A DNA stretch of 64,000 nucleotides from Planctomycetota bacterium. Lineage in GTDB: Bacteria > Planctomycetota > J058. The stretch spans positions 15,825 to 79,824 of the forward strand of contig RFHU01000219.1 of assembly GCA_003695705.1 (NCBI GenBank). Direction: 5' to 3'. Of the stretch, positions 1 to 7,853 are shown piece after piece (the first letter of the stretch is position 1; each line of letters opens with the position of its first letter). The notes beneath the pieces are model-generated. The model saw nothing but the letters and a program-made list of their open reading frames with translations. It was not told the DNA's origin and ran no database searches. Made by a program: the position numbers and the translations under genes.

Positions 1-173
1 GCGCCGCCGCCGCGGATGCCGAGGCGGCGCGGATCACCGCCCCGACCTTGGTCGTGATCGGCCGCGTGGTCGGACTCCGCGGCCGCGGCCTGCGCTGGTG
101 GAACGACCGCGACGCACGGGAATGCGCCGAGGAGCCAACCCGCGTCGACGTGCTCGCGGAGGCCCGCGCATGA
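1..173 (+). CDS. cobA: Uroporphyrinogen-III C-methyltransferase (SUMT, CobA/CysG C-terminal type); 3' end only, 5' end lies outside the window
   Basis: The frame ending at TGA 171-173 translates ...ITAPTLVVIGRVVGLRGRGLRWWNDRDARE. This matches the conserved C-terminus of SUMTs (PTLVVIG.VV.L). The stop overlaps the next start as ATGA. Confidence 0.55.
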   Translation, partial: AAAADAEAARITAPTLVVIGRVVGLRGRGLRWWNDRDARECAEEPTRVDVLAEARA

Positions 174-817
174 ACCGCAAGTATCCCGTCATGCTCGACC
201 TCCGGGGGCGTGCTTGCGTCGTCGTCGGCGGCGGAGCGGTCGCCCTGCGCAAGGTGGAGGGCTTGCTGGAGTGCACCGAATCGGTCCGGGTCGTCTCCCC
301 CAGCATCCACCCGGGGCTTGCCGCCCTCGTCCAAGCGGGCCGCGTCGAATACCTTGCGCGCGCCTACGCCCCCGGCGATCTCCGGGGCGTCTTTCTCGTC
401 GTGGCCGCCACGGACGACCCGGACACGAACGAGGCCGTGTGGCAGGAGGCCGAAGCGCTCGGAGTGCTCGTCAACACCGTGGACGACCCTCCGCGCTGCA
501 GTTTCTACGTCCCTGCCGTGGTCCGTCGCGGCGCGCTGACCCTCGCGATCTCCACCGACGGGAAGAACTGCGCTCTCGCGGCTGCACTCCGTAGAGAACT
601 CGAGGAGCGGTTCGGGCCCGAATACGGCCCGCTCCTCGATCTCCTTGGCGAGTTGCGCGACCGCATTCGCCGCGAGGAGCGCGACCCGTCCCGTCGCAAG
701 GCCTTGGCGGAGCGACTCGCCACGGCCGGACTGGATCGCCTCGTCGCTTGCGAGGGCCTGCCCGCCGCCCGTCGTCGCGCCGAAGAACTCGTCGCCCAAC
801 GAGGAGCCACCGCGTGA
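170..817 (+). CDS. Precorrin-2 dehydrogenase / sirohydrochlorin ferrochelatase, SirC/Met8/CysG N-terminal-domain-like (NAD-binding)
   Basis: ATG at 170 begins MNRKYPVMLDLRGRACVVVGGGAVALRKVEGLL. This is a Rossmann GxGxxA/G motif at the very N-terminus, as in the CysG N-domain/SirC. The 98..817 track ORF is trimmed to this in-frame ATG, which overlaps the upstream stop. Confidence 0.7.
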   Translation: MNRKYPVMLDLRGRACVVVGGGAVALRKVEGLLECTESVRVVSPSIHPGLAALVQAGRVEYLARAYAPGDLRGVFLVVAATDDPDTNEAVWQEAEALGVLVNTVDDPPRCSFYVPAVVRRGALTLAISTDGKNCALAAALRRELEERFGPEYGPLLDLLGELRDRIRREERDPSRRKALAERLATAGLDRLVACEGLPAARRRAEELVAQRGATA

Positions 818-2289
818 ACTCCCCCCTCCAAGCTTCTGCCGTGCCCCGTCAATGGACCCTTGACTCCACTGATGCTCCTCCCCCGGACTCCGTACGCCAC
901 GGCGAGACCGGCTTCGCCCGTGCCTGGTTGGGGCTGGCCGTCGGCAGCCTCCTCTTTGCCGGTGTCCTGGCCCTGCTCTTGGTCGTGGCCCGGACGCCGC
1001 CCTTCGTGTACTGGGTCCGCGATCCCCTGTTCTTCAAGCGCTGTCTCGTCGTCCACGTCGACCTGGCCCTGGTGGTCTGGTTCTACGCCTTTCTGGCCGC
1101 GCTGCATCAACGGATTCCCGCCCACGCGCCCAGGAGGGTCCCCGCAGCGGCAGGCTTCGCACTCTCCTTGGCCGGCATCGGTGCGCTGGTCGCTGCCGTC
1201 GGCATCGAGGGGGTGGAGCCGGTCCTGAGCAACTACGTCCCCGTTCTGGACCATCCTCTGTTCCTCTGCGGACTGGCGGCCTTCGGCGCCGGAGTGGCCC
1301 TGAGCTTCTTCGACGGACGCTTGCTCCCTTGGCGCGAAGCCGAGGGCACCGACCTCGACCTGCCCCCCGCCGCGCGACCCGGGCTGCGCGCCGCGGCGAT
1401 CGCCTTCCTCCTCGCGCTCGCGACCTTCGTCGGCGGCGCCCTGGGGACGCCGAGCGGACTTCCCGCGCTTCCGCGCTACGAGCTTGCGATGTGGGGGGGC
1501 GGCCACGTCCTGCAGTTCGCCAGCAGCGCTGCCATGGTCGGCGCCTGGCTCCACCTCGTCGAGCGCGCGAGCGGCGTCGCGCCCGTGGGAAGGCGTCTGA
1601 GCGCTGTCCTCTTCGCGCTCCTCGTCGCGCCCCTTCTCGGCGCACCCCTCCTCACCCTCGCCGGCAGCGACGCGACCGTTGCCCGCGACGGGTTCACTCA
1701 GCTCATGCGCTGGGGGATCTTCCCCGTGGTCAGCGTGTTCCTGCTCCTCTGCCTGCGCGCGCTCTGGCGCGGCGGCGGCGCGCGCACCGCGGCCGGCGTC
1801 GGCTTTCTGACCAGCGCCGGGCTGTGCGTGCTCGGCTACTCCCTCGGCGCGCTGATCCGCGAGCCGAACACCATGGTCCCCGCCCACTACCACGCGTCCA
1901 TCGGTGCGGTGACGGCTTCCTTCATGGCCGTCGCCTACTTACACCTCGAGCCCCTCGGACTCCGTCTCCCCGCCGGTCGCTTGGGCCGCTGGGCACACTG
2001 GCAACCCGCTCTGTTCGGGGTGGGCCAGACGGTCTTCGCCGTCGGCTTCGGGGCGGCTGGCCTGGCCGGCGCCGCCCGCAAGGCCTACGGGCCCGAGCAG
2101 AGCATTCGATCCCTGCAGGAGTGGATCGGCCTCACGGTCATGGGCGCGGGCGGCTTGGTCGCTGCCGCCGGCGGGATCCTCTTCCTCACCATCATGGCGG
2201 CGGCCTTCTGGCCCCGCCTCAGGGGCGCGCTGCCCGGGAGGTCTGCATGTCGGACGAAGTTGAGCGCAAACACCCTCTTCAGCGGCTAA
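814..2289 (+). CDS. Polytopic membrane protein (~490 aa) distantly related to heme-copper oxidase subunit I; function unknown
   Basis: GTG at 814 overlaps the upstream TGA (GTGA). There are at least 12 hydrophobic spans. Two segments resemble COX1 helix VI (MWGGGHVLQFASSAAM vs FFGHPEVYILILP) and helix X (PAHYHASIGAVTASFMAVAY vs AHFHYVLSMGAVFAI). No adjacent HH pair typical of helix VII is seen. Confidence 0.55.
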   Translation: MNSPLQASAVPRQWTLDSTDAPPPDSVRHGETGFARAWLGLAVGSLLFAGVLALLLVVARTPPFVYWVRDPLFFKRCLVVHVDLALVVWFYAFLAALHQRIPAHAPRRVPAAAGFALSLAGIGALVAAVGIEGVEPVLSNYVPVLDHPLFLCGLAAFGAGVALSFFDGRLLPWREAEGTDLDLPPAARPGLRAAAIAFLLALATFVGGALGTPSGLPALPRYELAMWGGGHVLQFASSAAMVGAWLHLVERASGVAPVGRRLSAVLFALLVAPLLGAPLLTLAGSDATVARDGFTQLMRWGIFPVVSVFLLLCLRALWRGGGARTAAGVGFLTSAGLCVLGYSLGALIREPNTMVPAHYHASIGAVTASFMAVAYLHLEPLGLRLPAGRLGRWAHWQPALFGVGQTVFAVGFGAAGLAGAARKAYGPEQSIRSLQEWIGLTVMGAGGLVAAAGGILFLTIMAAAFWPRLRGALPGRSACRTKLSANTLFSG

Positions 2290-2399
2290 TGGACAACACC
2301 TGGCTGCTCCTCGCGCTGGGGCTCTTGGTGCCGATCCTCTCCTACACGGCGTGGGGCTGGATCGAACTCCTCACCCTCCCCGACGCGAAGCTGCCTTGA
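2289..2399 (+). CDS. Small single-TM membrane peptide (36 aa), possibly a small oxidase subunit
   Basis: The ATG overlaps the upstream TAA (TAATG). The product is MDNTWLLLALGLLVPILSYTAWGWIELLTLPDAKLP, a single hydrophobic helix. It is tightly packed between two oxidase genes. Confidence 0.4.
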   Translation: MDNTWLLLALGLLVPILSYTAWGWIELLTLPDAKLP

Positions 2400-2412
2400 G
2401 GACGGAGGACGC

Positions 2413-2946
2413 ATGAGCATTTCCCCGCCCCCCCCGGGCTGGTTCAAGGCCCCCACCGGTGGCGAACGCACCTGGGTTGGCATCGCCCTTCTGTGGTGCC
2501 TGCTGATGTTCTTGATGATGCCCTACTGGCACTTCCGCGGCAAACAGAACAGCACCGGCGAGGCCTACCGCGTCGCTCCCGCGGACTTCGCCGCACGGGT
2601 CGAGCGCTTCGTCGAGAGCAACAAGGTCGCCGAAGACCCGCAGAGCAAGAAGCCCATCGTCGAGCCGGCACCCGGTGGAGATGCCTACCTGCAGGCTCGG
2701 ATGTGGGACTGGTACCCCGTGCTCCGCCTGAAGAAGGGCCAGGAATACCGCCTGCACATCTCGTCGCTCGACCTCCAGCACGGCTTCTCTCTCCAGCCCA
2801 TGAACATGAACTTCCAAGTCCTTCCTGGCTACGACCACGTCCTCACCATCACGCCCACACGGACGGGCGACTACCGGGTCGTGTGCAACGAATTCTGCGG
2901 GATCGGACACCACACCATGGTCGGAAAGATCGAAGTGAGGGACTGA
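2413..2946 (+). CDS. Heme-copper oxidase subunit II-like cupredoxin with a complete CuA site
   Basis: GGAGGA lies 6 nt upstream of the ATG. There is an N-terminal TM helix. The CuA ligand pattern is DLQH....CNEFCGIGHHTM (H, C-x-E-x-C-G-x2-H-x2-M), as in CoxB/NosZ-type CuA. Confidence 0.85.
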   Translation: MSISPPPPGWFKAPTGGERTWVGIALLWCLLMFLMMPYWHFRGKQNSTGEAYRVAPADFAARVERFVESNKVAEDPQSKKPIVEPAPGGDAYLQARMWDWYPVLRLKKGQEYRLHISSLDLQHGFSLQPMNMNFQVLPGYDHVLTITPTRTGDYRVVCNEFCGIGHHTMVGKIEVRD

Positions 2947-4484
2947 TGAGCAGCGTCGGCAACTTCCTCCCCAACCAGTCCCGGACTTGCGACACGACCG
3001 GGCTCCCCGTGTGCCTTACGGCCCAGTTCTTCATCAAGGCCCACGCTGTGTGCGCGGTGGTCTTCCTCCTCGTCGGCGCGATCGGCGCCATCCTCCTGGC
3101 GCTGACCCGCTGGCCCGCGGTGCAACTCCTCGGGCCGACCTGGTACTACCGCACGGTCACCCTCCACGGGATCAACATGCTCATCTTCTGGATCCTGTTC
3201 TTCGAGGTGGCCGTCCTCTACTTCTGCTGCACGAGCCTGCTCAACTCGCGCCTGTTCAGCAGAGGCGTAGCGTGGCTCGGCTTCGTCCTCATGGTCGTCG
3301 GCGCGCTGATGACCGACGTGGCCATCTTCCAGGGCCGCTCCGACGTCATGATGACCTCCTACGTCCCCCTCAAGGCCTCGCCCTGGTTCTACCTCGGCTT
3401 GATCCTGGTGGCGGTCGGCACGCTGATCGGGGTGGTGAACTACTTCCTCACCCTCTACATCGCGAAGCGCGACGGGACCTACGATGGTTCGCTGCCGCTG
3501 GTGGTCTTCGGCGCCACGGCGGCCGCCATCATCGCCGTGGTTGCCATCCTCCACGGCGCCGTCGCGCTCATTCCGACCTGGGCCTGGAGCATGGGCTGGC
3601 TCTCCGAGCCCCCGGATGCGGCCTGGTATCGGCTGATCTGGTGGGGCCTGGGCCACGTATCCCAGCAAGTGAACGTGTGCGCCATGGTCTCGGTGTGGTA
3701 CTTCCTCGCCACCCTGACCACGGGCGCCAAACCGCTCAACCAAGCCGTCTGCCGCACCGCCTTCGTCTTCTACGTGTTGTTCATCAACCTGGCGTCGGCC
3801 CATCACCTGCTGGTGGACCCCGGCGTGGGCGCCACTTGGAAGATCTGGAACACCTCCTACGCCATGTATCTGGCCGTGCTCGCCTCCATGATCCACGGCT
3901 TCACCGTCCCGGCCTCGGTGGAATCCGCCATGCGCGCCAAGGGCTATACCAAGGGGCTCTTCGGCTGGCTCTTCGCGTGCCCCTGGAAGAACCCCGGCTT
4001 CTCGGCCTTCTTCCTCTCCTTGGTCATCTTCGGCTTCATGGGCGGCATCACCGGCGTGACGCTAGGGACCCAGCAGATCAACATCATTGCCCACAACACA
4101 CTGCGGATCCCGGGTCACTTCCACGCCACCGTCGTCGGCGGTACCACGCTCGCCTTCATGGGCCTAACCTACTACGTGGTGCCCCTGATCTTCCGGCGCG
4201 AGTACTACGCGCGTCCGCTGGCCCGCATCCAGCCCTACTTGTTCGGCAGTGGGATCGCGATCATGGCCCTCGCCATGTCCTTCGCCGGCAGCTACGGCGT
4301 GCCGCGGCGGGTGTGGGACGCAGACGCCGGCGCCAACCTGTCGGCCGGCGCCAACCTGATGCTCGCCGGGGTGGGTCTTGGCGGCACGCTCGCCTTCATC
4401 GGGCTCTTGACCTTCATTCTGCTCACCGTCGCGGCGGTGTTCTTCGGCAAGAAGAACGAAGGCCGCCCCATGACCGCCTGGTAA
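2946..4484 (+). CDS. Heme-copper oxidase superfamily catalytic subunit I (512 aa) with an atypical active site; candidate NO reductase / unconventional oxidase
   Basis: The ATG overlaps the subunit II stop (TGATG). Metal ligands are present at helix II (LHGINMLIFWILFFE), helix VI (WWGLGHVSQQVNV), helix VII (SAHHLLVDPG) and helix X (GHFHATVVGG). In the helix VI motif the Tyr expected 4 residues after His is Gln. That pattern is NOR-like, not A/B-type oxidase-like. Confidence 0.85.
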   Translation: MSSVGNFLPNQSRTCDTTGLPVCLTAQFFIKAHAVCAVVFLLVGAIGAILLALTRWPAVQLLGPTWYYRTVTLHGINMLIFWILFFEVAVLYFCCTSLLNSRLFSRGVAWLGFVLMVVGALMTDVAIFQGRSDVMMTSYVPLKASPWFYLGLILVAVGTLIGVVNYFLTLYIAKRDGTYDGSLPLVVFGATAAAIIAVVAILHGAVALIPTWAWSMGWLSEPPDAAWYRLIWWGLGHVSQQVNVCAMVSVWYFLATLTTGAKPLNQAVCRTAFVFYVLFINLASAHHLLVDPGVGATWKIWNTSYAMYLAVLASMIHGFTVPASVESAMRAKGYTKGLFGWLFACPWKNPGFSAFFLSLVIFGFMGGITGVTLGTQQINIIAHNTLRIPGHFHATVVGGTTLAFMGLTYYVVPLIFRREYYARPLARIQPYLFGSGIAIMALAMSFAGSYGVPRRVWDADAGANLSAGANLMLAGVGLGGTLAFIGLLTFILLTVAAVFFGKKNEGRPMTAW

Positions 4485-4495
4485 GGAGGCCCCTC

Positions 4496-4756
4496 GTGAC
4501 CGAACCGACGCCCGAACCGAGCGCCAGCCAACCCGAAGGAGCGGGTCCGACGGAGGAAACGACCCGTCCGGCGTCCGAGGGCAAGGGCCAGCACCCCGAG
4601 GAGGTGCTCTCCGCCGCCGCGGCGCTGCAGCAGGAGGGGGCCGACAGCCACCACACCCCCGGAACGGTGGCTCTGACTTTCATCTTCCTCCTCTGCTTTG
4701 CCGTCTACTACTTCGCCAACTGGAAGGCCCTGGCGGACGTGTGGCACGTTCGATGA
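4496..4756 (+). CDS. Small membrane protein (86 aa) with a C-terminal TM helix, possible accessory oxidase subunit
   Basis: AAGGAGG lies 7 nt upstream of a GTG at 4496. The N-terminal half is hydrophilic and acidic. The C-terminal helix is TFIFLLCFAVYYFANWKALADVW. Its stop overlaps the Sco start (ATGA). Confidence 0.45.
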   Translation: MTEPTPEPSASQPEGAGPTEETTRPASEGKGQHPEEVLSAAAALQQEGADSHHTPGTVALTFIFLLCFAVYYFANWKALADVWHVR

Positions 4757-5736
4757 CCGCCGGCAAGAAGTCCCCTGCTCCCCCCAGCGCGCGGTTTGCC
4801 GCCTGGACCCTGGAGACGCTGCGGGGCTGGCGTTTCCCGAGCTTCATGATCTTCACGCTGAGCTTCGCTCAGCTCGTCCTCCTTGCCCTGCTCTTCGTTC
4901 CCCCGGCGGAGACCGGGCTGGGGGCCTTCGCCGAAAGCTTCAAGACCTGGTGCTTCGGCTACGACCCCGCGACGGGAGAGGTGGAGCCCGGCTACGTGAT
5001 CATGCTGCTCGCAAATCCGTTCCTCCTCGACTTGGTCATCCTCGGGGTGTGGTGGATCCCGCTGCGCGAGGTCCTCCGCGAGCGTCCGCGCGCGCTGCTG
5101 CGTAGCGCGGGCGCCGCGGCCCTGGTCACCGCTCTCTTCGCCGGAGCCTTGGCGAGCTTCGCCGAGGAGCGCCCCCGGGGCCCGCTCCCCTTTCCCGCCG
5201 AGGAGCTGCGCATCGCGCTCACCCCGCCCGACTTCGAGCTTACCGACCAGGAAGGCGCTCCCGTCTCCTTGCACGCCCTGCGGGGACGCGTCGTCCTGGT
5301 CACGGCGGTCTACGCGACCTGCGGTTTCACCTGCCCCATGATCATGGGCCAGAGCAAGCGCGCCCTCGCCGAGCTCACCCCCGAGGAGCGCGAGGAGATC
5401 ACGGTGGTGGGGATCACCCTCGATCCGGCCCACGACACTCCGGAAGTCCTCGCCCGCATGGCGGAGGGGCAGGGGGTTGCGGCGCCGCTCTACCGGCTGG
5501 TTACGGGACCTCCCCCCGAAGTCGAGCGCGTGCTCGACCGCTTCGGGGTCGAGCGACATCGGAACCCGGAGACGGGGATCATCGACCACGCCAACCTGTT
5601 TCTTCTCATCGATCGGCGCGGGCGCATCGCCTACCGCCTGTCCCTCGGCGACCAGCAAGAGCGCTGGCTCGCCACTGCGCTGCGCCTGCTCGTGCGCGAG
5701 CCCTCCCCCACGGCGGAGGGTCGCGCCTTGGAGTGA
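4753..5736 (+). CDS. sco: SCO1/SenC-family thioredoxin-like copper chaperone (CuA assembly) with an extended multi-TM N-terminus
   Basis: The CGFTCP (CxxxC) motif and the downstream His (DHANLFLL) are typical of Sco proteins. There are about 3 N-terminal TM helices. It is translationally coupled on both sides. Confidence 0.8.
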   Translation: MTAGKKSPAPPSARFAAWTLETLRGWRFPSFMIFTLSFAQLVLLALLFVPPAETGLGAFAESFKTWCFGYDPATGEVEPGYVIMLLANPFLLDLVILGVWWIPLREVLRERPRALLRSAGAAALVTALFAGALASFAEERPRGPLPFPAEELRIALTPPDFELTDQEGAPVSLHALRGRVVLVTAVYATCGFTCPMIMGQSKRALAELTPEEREEITVVGITLDPAHDTPEVLARMAEGQGVAAPLYRLVTGPPPEVERVLDRFGVERHRNPETGIIDHANLFLLIDRRGRIAYRLSLGDQQERWLATALRLLVREPSPTAEGRALE

Positions 5737-7829
5737 GCGTCGTGCAACGCCCCGCCGCTTCCGCCGCTCCGCGCAGCGCGCAACCTCCGCTGCGCGGAGA
5801 TGCCGTCCTGCGGCGGCTGGACCGCGCGCTCTTGCGCGTGGTCCACGCCGCGGGACGGCTGGTGCCCGAGGGGCTGAATCCCCTCGAGCAAGCCGGCGGC
5901 GTGGCCAACGTATGCCTGGTGGTGGCCATCCTCAGCGGGGCCCTCCTCCTCTTCTGGTATTCCTCCAGCGTCCACCTGGCCTACGCCTCGCTGGAGAAGG
6001 CCGGAGCGTCCTGGCTGGGGGGGCTGACTCGTTCTCTCCACCGCTATAGCTCGGACGGCTGCGTCTTCTTCGTCCTCATCCACGCAGCTCGCTTGACCTT
6101 GGCGCGCCGGATTGCCGGGCCCCGCTGGCTGGCCTGGGTCACCGGCTGGCTGCTCTTCGTCCTTCTCGTCCTCGTCGGCTGGCTCGGCTACTGGCTGGTG
6201 TGGGACCAACGCGCCCACCGCGTGGCCCTGGGGACCGCGGATCTTCTCGACGCCTTGCCCATCTTCTCCGAGCCCCTCGCCCGCTCCTTCCTCAGCGATG
6301 ACGGTGTGAACTCCCTCCTCTTCTTCGTCGTCTTCTTCCTGCACATGCTCCTCCCCGCGGGCATGGGCATAGCCCTGTGGTTGCACGTCGCCCGCCTCTC
6401 TCGGTCGCGCTTCTTCCCCGGGCGCACGCTCACGCTCTGGATCCTCGGGACCCTGTGCGCCGTCTCGTTCCTGTTTCCGGCCACCAGCGCGCCGCCGGCG
6501 CGCATGGCCGCGCTTCCACAGCGCTTCACCATGGACTGGTGGTACCTGTTTCCCCTCCTCCTCACCGACCGACTCTCCGGAGGCGCGCTCTGGGCCCTGC
6601 ATCTCATTGGCGGCCTCGCCCTCTTCAGCGCCCCCTGGTGGCTGCGCCGCGGCGGCTCGGCAGGCACCCTCCGGACCGCCACGACCGAAGCGAGTCGCTG
6701 CAACGCCTGCGAAACCTGTTTTCACGACTGTCCCTACCTGGCCATCCGCATGGTCCCGCGCAGCGACGGGAGCACTCGCTACGCCACCCAGTCGGAAGTG
6801 GACCCCTCGCGCTGCGTGGGCTGCGGCATTTGCTCGGGCTCCTGCGACTCGGCGGGGGTCGGCCTCCTCGACTGGCTCCCCCCCAAGGCCGAGCGCCGTC
6901 GGCTCGAAGGCTGGCTCGAGGCCCATACGGGGGACCCTCCCCCGGTGGTCTTCCTCTGCGCCGAAGGAGCTAGCGCAGAGTGGCGAGTGGACTCGCTCAA
7001 CGGTCGCTGCGACGCCTTGCCGGGTTGCTACGTCCTCAGCGTTCCCTGCCTTGGCTGGGTGAACGGCTACCTGGTGGACCGTGCTTTGGATCGCGGTGCG
7101 GCCGCCGTGGTCCTTGCAGGCTGCGGTCCCGAGGGCTGTGCCTACCGCGAAGGCTTCGCGCACACCGCCGAGCGCATGCGGGGGCGGCGCAAGCCCGTGA
7201 GCAAGCGCGGCGAAGCCGGCGACTCCCGCATCCACCTGCTCGCGCACGGGCCCGGCGAAGGCGCGGCGCTCCGGGCCGCCGTCGATGCCATTCGGCGCGG
7301 AGAGGCCCCCCGGGCCCGGGCGCCCGTTGGCGCGCGCGCCTGGGCGGGGGGCGCTGTCCTCGCCGCATTGCTCGGGGGGTTCGCCTGGCTGGGGAGCGAC
7401 CTCCCTTACTCGGCTCCGCCGAGTCCGGAAGCGGAGTTGGTCGTGTCCTTCAAGCTGCTCGGACGCCTGCAGGGCGGCATGCGCCGGCTCTCCACCGAGG
7501 AGCTCGAGGCCCTGCCCGTCCATATGCGTCCCAAGGACGGTCGGGTGCCCACGGACCGGCGCCACGCCGACGTGCGCCTGCGGGTCCGCGTGGACGGCCG
7601 CCTGCTGCGCGAGGAGCGCTACGCCCCCGGCGGCCTGTGGGGCGACAAGAACAGCGTAGCCCTCGAGACCATCCCGCTCGCTTCTGGGCGGCACCGGGTC
7701 GAGGTGGAGCTGAGCGACGACCCGGCCGCGAACGAATGGCCGTACCGCTACGAAGCCGAGCTGGAATTCCCGCGCGGGGAGCGGCGCGTGGTGCTTTTCG
7801 ACCGCGAGCACGGCTTCCGCTGTCCCTGA
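5733..7829 (+). CDS. Fusion protein: di-heme cytochrome b-like membrane domain + 2x[4Fe-4S] ferredoxin + MvhD/FlpD-like domain + C-terminal TM/beta-rich domain
   Basis: The N-terminus (about 300 aa) has 5-6 TM helices carrying His residues (VVHAAG, FVLIHAARL, FFLHMLLPAGM, LWLHVARL). It is followed by CNACETCFHDCP and CVGCGICSGSCD ferredoxin motifs. Next comes VVFLCAEGA...CLGWVNGYLVDRALDRGAAAVVLAGCGPEGCAYREG, which resembles the methyl-viologen-reducing hydrogenase delta subunit. The GTG overlaps the Sco stop (GTGA). Confidence 0.7.
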   Translation: MSVVQRPAASAAPRSAQPPLRGDAVLRRLDRALLRVVHAAGRLVPEGLNPLEQAGGVANVCLVVAILSGALLLFWYSSSVHLAYASLEKAGASWLGGLTRSLHRYSSDGCVFFVLIHAARLTLARRIAGPRWLAWVTGWLLFVLLVLVGWLGYWLVWDQRAHRVALGTADLLDALPIFSEPLARSFLSDDGVNSLLFFVVFFLHMLLPAGMGIALWLHVARLSRSRFFPGRTLTLWILGTLCAVSFLFPATSAPPARMAALPQRFTMDWWYLFPLLLTDRLSGGALWALHLIGGLALFSAPWWLRRGGSAGTLRTATTEASRCNACETCFHDCPYLAIRMVPRSDGSTRYATQSEVDPSRCVGCGICSGSCDSAGVGLLDWLPPKAERRRLEGWLEAHTGDPPPVVFLCAEGASAEWRVDSLNGRCDALPGCYVLSVPCLGWVNGYLVDRALDRGAAAVVLAGCGPEGCAYREGFAHTAERMRGRRKPVSKRGEAGDSRIHLLAHGPGEGAALRAAVDAIRRGEAPRARAPVGARAWAGGAVLAALLGGFAWLGSDLPYSAPPSPEAELVVSFKLLGRLQGGMRRLSTEELEALPVHMRPKDGRVPTDRRHADVRLRVRVDGRLLREERYAPGGLWGDKNSVALETIPLASGRHRVEVELSDDPAANEWPYRYEAELEFPRGERRVVLFDREHGFRCP

Positions 7830-7853
7830 GGGCCACGGAGCGAAGGAGGAGAC

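Noticed and set aside
505-1893. Very long Arg/Pro/Gly-rich ORFs on the strand opposite to, or out of frame with, almost every real gene (for example 505..1893-, 5631..7871-, 6980..8710+, 8593..9579-, 10616..11488-, 17937..19127-, 21694..23517-, 23503..25746+, 43121..43933-, 44216..45278-)
   Set aside because: These are typical high-GC shadow ORFs. The compositions are low-complexity RPGA-rich. No domain motifs are present. Each is fully overlapped by a well-supported gene in another frame or on the other strand.
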